DNA of 64,000 bases from Octopus bimaculoides (taxonomy: Eukaryota). The notes beneath the pieces are model-generated. The model had not been told where the DNA came from and ran no database searches. It saw nothing but the letters and a program-made list of their open reading frames with translations. The DNA lies in NCBI RefSeq assembly GCF_001194135.2, contig NC_069007.1, positions 886,425 to 950,424 of the forward strand, written 5' to 3'. A program made the position numbers and the translations under genes. Each line of letters starts with the position of its first letter. The first letter of the stretch is position 1. This document shows positions 39,815 through 52,428 of the stretch, one piece after another.

Positions 39815-40380
39815 TATAAATATACATGAATGTATAAGTATAAATAGATATATATGAATATAAACATACAAACATGTATATAGGTATATACTCACGTACA
39901 CACAATTGCATTCGTTTGGCTCTATATTAAGGCAGCATGAAAGTGAGAGAGACAAACTGTGAAAGATAGAGGCGTGTATATAGAGTGGGAACATGAACAA
40001 AAAGTATTATTAGATTAGGGAATAATATGTATAGAATTGCACATGTGTCTAACGACACATGCACTCACTCATGCACACACAAACGCACGAAATTATATAT
40101 ATATATATACACACAAGCAGGAACTGAAAACAGAGTTTCGTTTATTTGGATTGTGACTCATGAGGGGAGAGTTTCGTGCATGGCGCTTATCAAAGCGTCT
40201 GACGATCAAAATCTACTCAGACACACGGATGTGTGCGCATAAAAAGTGCTTGGGAGAAAAAGACAGTAAAAGAAAAGCGTTATCGTGAAGACAGAGGTGT
40301 TCGTGTCTATATATATATATCTATGTATTGCCTACATTAATTATATATATATATATATGGGTAAAAATAATTAATGATTA

Positions 40381-40640
40381 GCGCGTCGATTAGTGCTCCT
40401 TCGGTGGCGCTGCGGCGCCGAAGCCGTCGTCGGTGTCTCCTCCCGCGGCCCGGGTTGCCGTTGCTCTCCTTCGCATCCGGCTGCCGCCCGGCGCGGTTGT
40501 CCAGCAGTTCTAATTCATTGTCTTTCGTTTGCTAGCCTATTATGTGGTGTGCTTATTCTCGGAGAATTTTTTGTGGTAATAGTATCTTTTGACGCCTATT
40601 TTCAGTGCCTGGTGAAGTGCAAGCGAAGCCCTTGTTATAA
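40381..40640 (-). other. GC-rich island; candidate Helentron-type non-autonomous element
   Basis: 40391-40500 has 80/110 G+C by hand count. The minus strand starts taacaagggcttcgc and ends cgacgacggcttcggcgccgcagcgccaccgaaggagcactaat (bulged hairpin). Confidence 0.35.
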
Positions 40641-40657
40641 TTATGTATATAATTATA

Positions 40658-40716
<59 letters not shown>

Positions 40717-41180
40717 AATACATATATGTGTGTGTGTGTGTGAGTATTAGTTTAGTCCTGTGTTATTTGTGCTTATTTATTTCTTCTCTCCCGAACTTAA
40801 AAATCTCCATCTCTGTATACACGGTATTTTATTTAATACTATACTGTACTACAAAGTATATCTATATCTATCAGTTTTTAAGCGAACATATACAACAGAC
40901 TTCTGTCTTCATATATAATTGTATATTTTATTGTATTCTGTGCCATATAACTATCTATAAGATTACAATCAACACTATGTATTAGAGAGAAGACTCTCTC
41001 TCTCTACATATATTCTATGTACATTTTTCTGCTTTACTGTACACAAACTATCTGTAGATTTTATCCCACAGGCTAATGTAGACATATGTCTCCATATATA
41101 CAGTGCATATTCTATGCTAAACTCTACCATAAGATATATGTATATCTATTGATTTCATCCAATACCACTTAATAGACACA

Positions 41181-41215
<35 letters not shown>

Positions 41216-41973
41216 ATATATACACACACATACATATATATGCTCTGTATTTATTATGCTACACTATACCAAAAGCTATAGTCATCTCCAAATTTTAACA
41301 ATCACTGCGTAATAGCAACATATCTAAAAAAGAACTTTGTTGTGTGTTGCTCGATTTCACATCAAGCGTCTTACAAACCAAATAAAAACGAATAAAAATG
41401 AACTGTTTATGCTAAAATGTTACACAGTCTATATTAGTATCTTTTCACTTTAACCAACACTAATAGATAGATATTTCTATACAACTGCTCTTTATTACAT
41501 ATAAATTATTTATCATGAACAACTAAACAATATTCAGTCAATTTTCCATTTTGGACATCGCAAGTAACCGCGTACTCTATCTGCTTCCCAGAGACTCTTC
41601 ATATGAAAACTCCGCATAGAGTAATCTGTATAAGTACTGAATTCCTAATAGTTGTTTCGTCAATTAATTTATTACTTGTGAGTTAAGAATGTGATTCAAT
41701 CCTTCACTGTGTGGTAGCTGGTATATTTTATTTGTTTCAACCACTGGTCAGTTGCCATGTTGGTGTACAGACTTGAACGGTTTGGTCAAATAAATCCACT
41801 CAAGTAAATATGGACACTTTTTAAATGTCTCATACTTATTCGAACACATTTAATGTATTTTATATTATTTTCCGAACACTAATTTACGTTTTATTGACAT
41901 TTTGACCCTCCGTAGACAAAAGAGATGTGTTGTAAAACACGAATTCGCATCATGAATCTTGTAGATCAAACAA

Positions 41974-42005
<32 letters not shown>

Positions 42006-42772
42006 GTATGTATGAAGTATATATATGTACATATATGTAAAGATATTAGCAGACAGAAACAACATGCCCTGATATAGTTCTAGATAACACTCAGTGTATA
42101 CAAAGTTGTAGTGGTCACGGTTGGAAGATTTTTGGTCATAGAACTACTCTGAGTCTAAACAACAACGACACGAACAACGCTGCCACCTCTATCACCACCA
42201 GCAACGACAACAGCAACAACAAAAACAGCAGCGACGGCAGCAAAAACAGAAAAGAGAACGCTAAAAAAGAACCAGAGCAGCAGATACGACGATGATAACA
42301 GTGACAGCAGCCGCAGCAGTCATAACTGCATCAACAACAATATTCATTATTAACCAAAGATCTCATAGAAAAACTGATTGAAAATTAGATTCCAGTCTTA
42401 AACGTCAATATATCTCATTTGTCTTTTTGTTTTCGCTTCTCTATTTTTTTAATTTTTTTTAGTCTTTCTAACTTGGCTTCTATTTTGGTTTGAAATATTT
42501 CCAGTTGAGAAAAACGAGATATTGTCACCGAATAAACTAATCGACGTGTTGGCAGAGTGGTTAACGTGTCGAATGATAACTTAGCCAAATCTTGTATTAT
42601 TTGGTAAAACTCACCCTGTTCCCAGTTCAAATACCGTCTCCGCATCTTCTTGATATATACATACACATATGTTGCTTATTTTGACTATATAGATAGAAAG
42701 ATATAGATATTGTGCGAATGGTTTTGTTAAGCGGCGTCAAGTTGTACAATCATGTAAATAATAATATAATGG

Positions 42773-43051
42773 TGGTATGTTTTTTTAAGCTTAAAGCGAT
42801 CACCGTGCAAATGACAAGGAAAATAGTCCAATAATGGGGCATATAAGCCTTCGACAGAAAAAAAGTAGGCTTTCCCACCTGCATGGTAACACATTTAGTC
42901 ACGTTAACAAAGGGATGTGGGTTCGTATCCTACGCGTACGGGAAAGCCTACGTTTTTTCTGTCGAGGGGTAATATACCCACATTATTAGACTATTTTCCT
43001 TAGTCATTTTCTCGGTGATCGCTATAAGATTTAAGCTTATAAAAAATACCA
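42773..43051. mobile_element. Fold-back / MITE-like element with ~105-110-bp inverted arms
   Basis: 42773-42876 aligns with the reverse complement of 42940-43051 (agcgatcaccg..aaatgac.aaggaaaatagtc.aataatg..tcgacagaaaaaa.gtaggctttccc); 63-bp spacer. Confidence 0.75.
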
Positions 43052-43254
43052 TATATATCGCGGTTGTCTACTTCTTATGCAGAATTTGACCATCTCCTCT
43101 ATCTACACCTTAGAACCATGATGGTATCTGATGTGACTTTTTAAACGAGACAATGTTTTGAAAAGACACCCACACTGATTGCATATCTGATTTGGACCAC
43201 CAAGAGCTGCAGATAAGTTTGGATCTTTGTGGATCTTAAAATCTATATCTCAGT

Positions 43255-43592
43255 GATTTGAGAAACTCGACCTGGAGAAATGGTGTTTCTCTCCAGGCTG
43301 AGTCGTTTCTTCTTTGCATTGAGAAGTCACAGTTCCGTTACTACGGATGTGGTTAGAATGCCGCAGGAAAGGATAGCAAGAAAGATACGTCAAGCCGTGA
43401 CAACTGTCAGAAGACTCAGGAGGAAGACTAATAACAAGATGGTTGGATAAAATTCATAGCCTCAGTTGGTTAGGCTTGGGAATCCAGCCAAAACATGTTA
43501 TGATGGTTGGTTATGGAGATGGGGCTTGGGAACTCTTCCCCCACGGTCTTTCCAAGAATTATGGGCAGCAAAACTATATGGATGGATGGCGA
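43255..43592 (+). mobile_element. RTE LINE (Expander-like) 3' end with GGAT tail
   Basis: Frameshifted LLCIEKSQFRYYG / VVRMPQERIARKIRQAV / TRWLDKIHSLSWLGLGIQP; compare LLLRIERSQLRWFGHVVRMP..RPRTRWRDYISRLAWERLGIPP. Ends in ggatggatgg. Confidence 0.85.
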
Positions 43593-44399
43593 GAAAGAAA
43601 TAATAATCTCCGATTAAAAAGTAAATTTGAAATCGAATGTTGCCAAAAACAATAGAAATAAGCAAAAAGAAAAGGATTTTATAAACGGAGACCAACTGTA
43701 AAGCTTAGAAATGGAAAGTGAAGTTGTGAATAATATTTGATTTAAATATAATACAAAAAGAAAATTCAATATTTTATCGATTTGAATTTGAAACGGAAAT
43801 TTTGCTAAACTTCAACCGAGTTCAATTTGTGTGTTCAGTTTTTAATCCAATGTTATTTCTGTACAGGGCAACACTGCCATGTTGCCGCCATTCTAATGTA
43901 TTCAACCACCAGCACATTAACTGCCACCGTTTTTGTCTAGTTCATTTGTTGTGCATGATTGCTCGCTTGGGTGTCTTCTGCTGCTAGAATCGCAGAAATT
44001 ATTGAAGCTAGGAAAAGTTGCAACAATTTTAAACTAAAAATAAATGAAAAATAAGCAAAATCAAAAAAAAAAAAGTTTATATTATTATTATTTATGTATT
44101 TCTCTTTTGTTTTACGTTTTAACTATTTTTTAAAGCAAGATATTGCAATACATACTGAAGCGCTGCTTCTGCTGCATCTACGTATATTCCTGAGCATTTA
44201 CAAACGAAAAAAAAATGAAGAATATGATAGAAACTCTGCTTAGACGTCAGGCGAAATCATTTACTCGTAAATGCAACAGGATTAAATAAATCCTTCACAA
44301 ACATACTAAATTCATACACACAAAAACATACCTACAAATATACACACATTTATGTGTGTGTATATATATATGTGTGTGTGTGTGTGTGCATGTGTTTAA

Positions 44400-44618
44400 C
44401 TATGGGGTGCGGGTTGAAACGTTCCTGGCTTCAAGGGCATCGCAAAAGGCTTGGTTAGAGACCCAACCTTCTGAGTTCTTATACAGTGCTTAGAAAAACT
44501 GAACGGCTGCTGCATTGTGTGTATCTGAGAGGAGAATATGTTGAATAAATTCATAATTAATTGATCCTCCTGTATTCCCTTTTATCCAAAGCTAGGAACT
44601 TTTCAACGCCCCATCGTA
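44400..44618. mobile_element. Tc1/mariner-derived MITE
   Basis: Left ctatggggtgcgggttgaaacgttcctggctt vs right-end reverse complement tacgatggggcgttgaaaagttcctagcttt; TA at the right boundary. Confidence 0.8.
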
Positions 44619-45505
44619 TATATACACGTGTATGTATTGTGCGTGTACGTGTATGTTGTGTGTGCGTGTATGTTGTGTGTGAACACTTAATTGGGAAAAA
44701 TTTAAAGTGGGACTACTAAATAATGAAAGTAGAGTCACAAAGTGTGTGTGTGTGTGTGTGTGTATTAAATAGTCGGGCTACAACAAGTAACGTTTGATGC
44801 CAAGAACGCGCTTAAGTATAGTAGCTGTTCCTAATCATCATTATCATCATCTACGTTATTGTTGCATACGAGCTGATCTATGTCTCACACAAAGACCTCA
44901 AGTAACAGGAAGTTGGACGTTTTACAATGGGTGTTTTTAATGATTAGCAATGATATATTGTAGAGGAATGGAAACGAAACTATCAGAACGAAAACTCTGT
45001 TGAACATGTAATATTTCAGTTTTCAAAGAGCTTTTTTAAAGGAATCAGTTATTTTCAAGTTGGCTACACTTTTCTTAGGGTGTGGACAGTTACCACGAGA
45101 ACAATTTTTATATTTCTGATTCCTTGTGGTTTCCTGATATTTGGATATAGTGTTTAAGAGAGGCATTTGATATTTTCTCCAAATCTACGAAGACTGCCGC
45201 TATATTTGTCGTTCTTAGGTGCCATATTTTTAGACTTCTATTTCGACGTTTCATTTAAGCTCATTTATATTCAACTACTCAAGTGTTTTCCAATAGCGTT
45301 GCAGTCTGCTAGGATTGACGTATCTAGAGCGAGCATTCTTTTGTCAGCGTCTCTTATTTCTTATGACAGTATCTGGTCTTAGAAAATTACTATTTTAACA
45401 TCTCAAAACGTGAGATATTCAGCAACAGTATTTTGTAAAGACTGTTTGCCAACATAACATAGCAGTCCTGGTTTAGGACGAATGTTGCAGCAATCGTTAT
45501 AATTA

Positions 45506-45690
45506 AGCTGGCAGAATAGTTAGCACGCGGGGGAAAATGCTTAGCGATATTTCGCCCGTCTTTAATTTTTGAGTTCAAATTCCGCTGAAGTCGAACTCAC
45601 CTTTCATCCTTTAGGGATCGATAAAATAAAACTAAATGAACTTGCTTCACCCTCGAAATATTTGGCTTTGTGCTGAATGTTTGAAACCAT
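45506..45690 (+). mobile_element. SINE family C
   Basis: gctggcagaatagttagcacgcgg..gagttcaaattccgctgaagtcg..cctttcatcctttagggatcgataaa. Confidence 0.8.
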
Positions 45691-45696
45691 TATTAT

Positions 45697-45892
45697 GAGC
45701 GGCGAGTTGGCAGTATTGTTAGCGCGCCTGACGAAATCCTTAGCGGTATTTCGTCTGTCGATACGTTCTGAGTTCAAATTCTAGCAAGATCGGCTTTGCC
45801 TTTCAGCAACGATAAATTGATTACCAATGAAACACTGAGGTCGATATAATCGACTAACCCCTCCTCCAAATTTCAGGCCTTGTGCATATAAT
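45697..45892 (+). mobile_element. SINE family C, head-to-tail second copy
   Basis: gcggcgagttggcag..ttctgagttcaaatt..gaggtcgatataatcgactaacccc..aatttcaggccttgtgc. Confidence 0.8.
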
Positions 45893-46331
45893 AGATGTGT
45901 TTAGTATTCGTAATGTAGGCTTGAATTTATTGTCTTCTCTCGCAAATCTTTTAATAACATCATATTAACAACAGCAAGAAGAACGAAAATTAAAAAAAGA
46001 GGTGAAAAGGATAGGAATAAACTATCTCAATGGACCAATCAGATCACGACAGCATGAAGATTCGCCAGATTTATTTGTTAACCGTTCATTAACATATCTC
46101 TTGCCCTAACTTATTGACCGACTGATAAAAATATGCCTATAAACTCCGCATCCAATAAAACAGTCATCGAATTATATAAGAGTATTCGGCTATTTATTGA
46201 ACAATCCCAACATATTCATTGCACCGTTCATTGTGATTTTGTCTTGCTTTCTTTCTTTTTGTTTGTTTGTTTTGGTAGATGGGGGATACAAATCACAATT
46301 TTTCTATTCTTTAAAATCAAATGAAATTAAG

Positions 46332-46367
<36 letters not shown>

Positions 46368-47325
46368 NNNNNNNNNNNNNNNNNNNNNNNNNNNNNNNNN
46401 NNNNNNNNNNNNNNNNNNNNNNNNNNNNNNNNNNNNNNNNNNNNNNNNNNNNNNNNNNNNNNNNNNNNNNNNNNNNNNNNNNNNNNNNNNNNNNNNNNNN
46501 NNNNNNNNNNNNNNNNNNNNNNNNNNNNNNNNNNNNNNNNNNNNNNNNNNNNNNNNNNNNNNNNNNNNNNNNNNNNNNNNNNNNNNNNNNNNNNNNNNNN
46601 NNNNNNNNNNNNNNNNNNNNNNNNNNNNNNNNNNNNNNNNNNNNNNNNNNNNNNNNNNNNNNNNNNNNNNNNNNNNNNNNNNNNNNNNNNNNNNNNNNNN
46701 NNNNNNNNNNNNNNNNNNNNNNNNNNNNNNNNNNNNNNNNNNNNNNNNNNNNNNNNNNNNNNNNNNNNNNNNNNNNNNNNNNNNNNNNNNNNNNNNNNNN
46801 NNNNNNNNNNNNNNNNNNNNNNNNNNNNNNNNNNNNNNNNNNNNNNNNNNNNNNNNNNNNNNNNNNNNNNNNNNNNNNNNNNNNNNNNNNNNNNNNNNNN
46901 NNNNNNNNNNNNNNNNNNNNNNNNNNNNNNNNNNNNNNNNNNNNNNNNNNNNNNNNNNNNNNNNNNNNNNNNNNNNNNNNNNNNNNNNNNNNNNNNNNNN
47001 NNNNNNNNNNNNNNNNNNNNNNNNNNNNNNNNNNNNNNNNNNNNNNNNNNNNNNNNNNNNNNNNNNNNNNNNNNNNNNNNNNNNNNNNNNNNNNNNNNNN
47101 NNNNNNNNNNNNNNNNNNNNNNNNNNNNNNNNNNNNNNNNNNNNNNNNNNNNNNNNNNNNNNNNNNNNNNNNNNNNNNNNNNNNNNNNNNNNNNNNNNNN
47201 NNNNNNNNNNNNNNNNNNNNNNNNNNNNNNNNNNNNNNNNNNNNNNNNNNNNNNNNNNNNNNNNNNNNNNNNNNNNNNNNNNNNNNNNNNNNNNNNNNNN
47301 NNNNNNNNNNNNNNNNNNNNNNNNN

Positions 47326-47357
<32 letters not shown>

Positions 47358-47384
47358 GTATATATATATATATATATAACAATA

Positions 47385-47597
47385 CTCTTTTGTTTTATTC
47401 TTTACTGGTTTCAGTCATTTCACTGCGACCATGCTGGAGTACCGCCTTTAGACGAACGAATCGACCCCAGGACATTCTTTGTAAGCTTAGTACTTATTCT
47501 ATCGGTCTCTTATCGAACCGCTAGTTTATGGGGACGTAAACACACCAACATCGTTTGTTAAGCGATGGTGGGGGGGGGACACACAGACACACAAACA
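47385..47597 (-). mobile_element. SINE family A, 3' half
   Basis: gtttcagtcattt..catgctggagtaccgcctttag..aatcgaccccagg..ggggacgtaaacacacca. Confidence 0.85.
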
Positions 47598-48325
47598 TTT
47601 CCCTTTCACCTATGGTAGAAGACAATGCGCCGCACGGTGGGACTGAAACCGAAACTCTATATACGCAAAACGAGATCTCTAACTACACAGCCTGCTATAC
47701 AATCTTTCGACAGCTCTATTCTTTTCACTTGAAACCCCATCAATTTTGTAAATCAACGAAGCTTGAACCTACAAACAACAATAATCCATTTCCAAATTTG
47801 AAACTAATTCTAACGAGCTCTTTCGTCCTCTCTTTGAAAATACTCGACAATGGATCGATTCGGTCCAGTGAAAGTATTTCCAGATTTACAGTGAATAATT
47901 TTTCCTTCTCCATAAAACACACAACATTTTGCTACAGTTCTCTCAGTCTGTAAAATATTTGGTACGCTCCAGGCCATAGGAACGTTTTAAGCTTCAATTT
48001 GTCCAGAGCATTTTATGACGATTTTGTTCCTATTTCTTGCTCATCAAGAAAGGTTATAATGAAAATTGCGCCAGGCACCTTGAACTACATTGTCTAATCT
48101 GTCATACATACTACGAGACGATGCGGTTGAAAGGAGACGTACCGGCTATTGCTAGCACTTGTAGTGACTGTGTAAATTAGCTTTCTGATGGTTCAGATAC
48201 AAGAAAAATCCCCAAAATACAGCTTAGCCAAGAATATCAATGAGAGGCCTTTATCATCCGCTCTAGCGGTATAAAAATGTGTATTCGTGTAGCCCAAAAC
48301 AAGCATGATTTTACACACACACATA

Positions 48326-48362
<37 letters not shown>

Positions 48363-48639
48363 NNNNNNNNNNNNNNNNNNNNNNNNNNNNNNNNNNNNNN
48401 NNNNNNNNNNNNNNNNNNNNNNNNNNNNNNNNNNNNNNNNNNNNNNNNNNNNNNNNNNNNNNNNNNNNNNNNNNNNNNNNNNNNNNNNNNNNNNNNNNNN
48501 NNNNNNNNNNNNNNNNNNNNNNNNNNNNNNNNNNNNNNNNNNNNNNNNNNNNNNNNNNNNNNNNNNNNNNNNNNNNNNNNNNNNNNNNNNNNNNNNNNNN
48601 NNNNNNNNNNNNNNNNNNNNNNNNNNNNNNNNNNNNNNN

Positions 48640-48736
<97 letters not shown>

Positions 48737-50051
48737 GAGACATATATATATATACATATATAACTATATTTATGTGTGTGTATGTGTGCATGTATGTGTG
48801 CATGTGTGTGTGCATGTAAATGCACGCGAATAGCAGGGTAGCTAATATTTTATAAGTTTAGGGTAAACCATTGGATGCTGCCATATCTGAGGTTTGTTGT
48901 GATATTACTGTAGAGCTGAGTGTGTCTGAAAGGAGGGGAAAAAATATCGACATCATGTGTAGTAGACGAGTGAATATTACAGAATGGAGGGAGAAAATAG
49001 AAAAGCCTGTAAGACGAAGAAAAGATTTAGAAGAAGAAAACAAGACAAAGTAATGAGTTGAAAGAAGCGCTAAAACTGTGTGCGTTTCCTTTGCCTCTAT
49101 AAGTATCTCTTACACTCTTCGCTGCATTCTGAAGTATTAGGCTAAGAAAAATGGCAAGCAAGAGAATATATAGAAGGAAGAATTATTATTCCAAGACCAT
49201 GATCTCTCTTTAATATTGCTATTAATTTGTCATAGCTACCTTGCAACGAATAAACTATTTTAATAACCTACAACATACAAAACGCCAAAATAACGCGTTT
49301 ATTCGCCCGTATTTAATGCTCTTTCTGCAGCAGAACACAGCTTATTCAAAGAGTTATTTTTAGTTTCTATTTCCGCTCTGCTCCTCCACTTGTAACATCT
49401 TTTTCTTACCCTATATATATATATATANNNNNNNNNNNNNNNNNNNNNNNNNNNNNNNNNNNNNNNNNNNNNNNNNNNNNNNNNNNNNNNNNNNNNNNNN
49501 NNNNNNNNNNNNNNNNNNNNNNNNNNNNNNNNNNNNNNNNNNNNNNNNNNNNNNNNNNNNNNNNNNNNNNNNNNNNNNNNNNNNNNNNNNNNNNNNNNNN
49601 NNNNNNNNNNNNNNNNNNNNNNNNNNNNNNNNNNNNNNNNNNNNNNNNNNNNNNNNNNNNNNNNNNNNNNNNNNNNNNNNNNNNNNNNNNNNNNNNNNNN
49701 NNNNNNNNNNNNNNNNNNNNNNNNNNNNNNNNNNNNNNNNNNNNNNNNNNNNNNNNNNNNNNNNNNNNNNNNNNNNNNNNNNNNNNNNNNNNNNNNNNNN
49801 NNNNNNNNNNNNNNNNNNNNNNNNNNNNNNNNNNNNNNNNNNNNNNNNNNNNNNNNNNNNNNNNNNNNNNNNNNNNNNNNNNNNNNNNNNNNNNNNNNNN
49901 NNNNNNNNNNNNNNNNNNNNNNNNNNNNNNNNNNNNNNNNNNNNNNNNNNNNNNNNNNNNNNNNNNNNNNNNNNNNNNNNNNNNNNNNNNNNNNNNNNNN
50001 NNNNNNNNNNNNNNNNNNNNNNNNNNNNNNNNNNNNNNNNNNNNNNNNNNN

Positions 50052-50092
<41 letters not shown>

Positions 50093-50232
50093 TCACATAT
50101 AGATTAATACACAAATACACCAACACAAACACACACATACGAACGTTTGCACACAAATATACATATGCATTATATATATACACACATACATATATGTGTA
50201 AATGCATATTTTTATAACTACACATCTATATT

Positions 50233-50286
<54 letters not shown>

Positions 50287-50305
50287 TAACACACACACAT
50301 ACATA

Positions 50306-50346
<41 letters not shown>

Positions 50347-50553
50347 GCAGGTATGTACCAGTGGGTGTATGTATGTGCATAGATATATCTATGCATTTTA
50401 TATATTCCTATATACGTTTGTGTTTGTTGCACTTTGCACATATCCACACGCTTAGACTTACGTGTATTTTAAATACACCTCCATACACATTCGCTGTTTC
50501 ATCACGTCCCTTCTTACGAAGGAAATAAACAGGCAGCAAGACACACAGACAAA

Positions 50554-50559
<6 letters not shown>

Positions 50560-50591
<32 letters not shown>

Positions 50592-51430
50592 ATAATAATA
50601 ATAATAATAATAGCATCAATCGCAACAACAATAATAAATGAGAGTAGCCATGATGATGAGAAGGATGAATATGATGATGATGATGACTATGGTGAGGATG
50701 AAGATGATGGAGACGGGGATGGGGATGAGAATGGTTGTTATTGTGGTGGCGGTGGTGACGAAGGAAGACTTATAAATGATAGAGAGTTGTAGAAAGGGGG
50801 AATAAATATGGTAAACAATAACAGACATCAAGAAGAAGAACAACAAGAGCAATATGAAGTGGAACAAAATCGAGAACGAGACGAAATGGACAAAAACGAG
50901 TAAAAAGAATAAAGAATAGGAGAAAAAGGGGAAGAAGAAGAAGAGAAGGGGAAGAAGAAGAAGAGGAGAAGACGAGGAGAAGAAGAAGAAGAGGAGGAGA
51001 AGAGAAAGAGCAGAGGGTGAGGAGAAGAAGAGAAGGAGAAGACGAGGAGGAGGAGACGGAGGAGCAGACAGAGAAGGAGAAGAAAAGAAAAAGAGAAGAA
51101 AACAGAATGGAAGAAGTGGAGGAGAAGAAGAGAAAGAAGACGATGACGACGATGATGATGTAGAACACCAACAGCAAGAGGGAAAGTACGATGAGAAAGA
51201 ATGGACGAAGGAAGTTAAAAATGAAAATAAGGAAAACAAAAAGGAGTAAAAGAAGGAAGAAGGAAAAGACAAAGAAGGAAACAAAGAAGGAATGTGATGA
51301 TGATAATACTAATACTACTACTATTTATAATAATAGTAATGAACGAAGCAAAAGGAGGCGGAGGAGAAAAGCTGGAGGAAGAAGACAAATATGATAAAGT
51401 ATTGAAAGTTAGGAAGAAGAAGAAGAAGTG
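50560..51430. repeat. Compound TAC/AAT/GAT/GAA low-complexity, purine-rich tract
   Basis: Directly visible; source of the poly-S/F/L ORFs. Confidence 0.9.
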
Positions 51431-51887
51431 TATGAATGAAGATGGCCGGGTATGTAAGGGGTGGGGGAAAAGGATGTGCAACGATAATAGAAGTGGAATG
51501 GTAAAGTCAACGGTAGAAATATTGGACATATTGCTTGAGTTGAAGTAGATTTATTTTTGTTCTTGGAGAAAGGAACCCAAACACAGCAGACATTTTTCTT
51601 CGTACATTCTCGAAATGAAACAAACAGGTTTCTCTCTCTCAATATACATTCTCCTTTTCTTTGCTCTTTTTCTCTTCTTTCAGCTCGTTCATTTGATTCT
51701 TGGATACCAAATAACACTCTTCAGTGGATTTACATGTGTGTATAAATACATACACATATGATTATACATACACATATATATATATAGATATAGCGAGGGA
51801 GAGGGAGAGAACGAGAATATTACAAAGAAGGCTTACTCCGACGGAGGAATAGTGATACTTTTAATCATATAAATATATACCGCCTTT

Positions 51888-51921
<34 letters not shown>

Positions 51922-51935
51922 ACAAACACACACAA

Positions 51936-51969
<34 letters not shown>

Positions 51970-52005
51970 ACTAACACACACTAACACANNNNNNNNNNAC
52001 ACACA

Positions 52006-52052
<47 letters not shown>

Positions 52053-52090
52053 ACTAACACACACTAACACATTAACACACACACACACAC

Positions 52091-52310
52091 TCTTTTATTC
52101 GTATTCTTTTACTTGTTTCAGTCATCTGACAGGCGGCAATGCTGGAGCACCGCCTTTAGTGAAGCAAAACGACCCCAGCGCTTATTCTTTGTGACCCTAG
52201 TGCTTATTCTATCGTTCACTTTTGCTGAACCACTAAGTTACGGGGACGTAAACACACCAGCATCGTTTGCCAAGCGATGTTGGGACACAGAGACACACAA
52301 GCATACACAC

Positions 52311-52344
<34 letters not shown>

Positions 52345-52428
52345 ACCCCACATATCACACATATACGACGGGCTTCTTTCAGTTTCCGTCTACCAAATCC
52401 ACTCACAAGGCCTTGGTCGGCCCGAGGC
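52091..52428 (-). mobile_element. SINE family A, 5'-truncated
   Basis: gacgggcttctttcagtttccgtctaccaaatccactcacaaggccttggtcggcccgaggc is an almost exact reverse complement of 23930-23990. Confidence 0.9.

Noticed and set aside
45230-45340. Penelope GIY-YIG remnant (minus CNAIGKHL, plus gacgtttc)
   Set aside because: A single short motif with no other collinear support.
51890-52090. Duplicated acacactaacacac block
   Set aside because: It flanks a 10-N gap in a CA repeat; probable assembly overlap.
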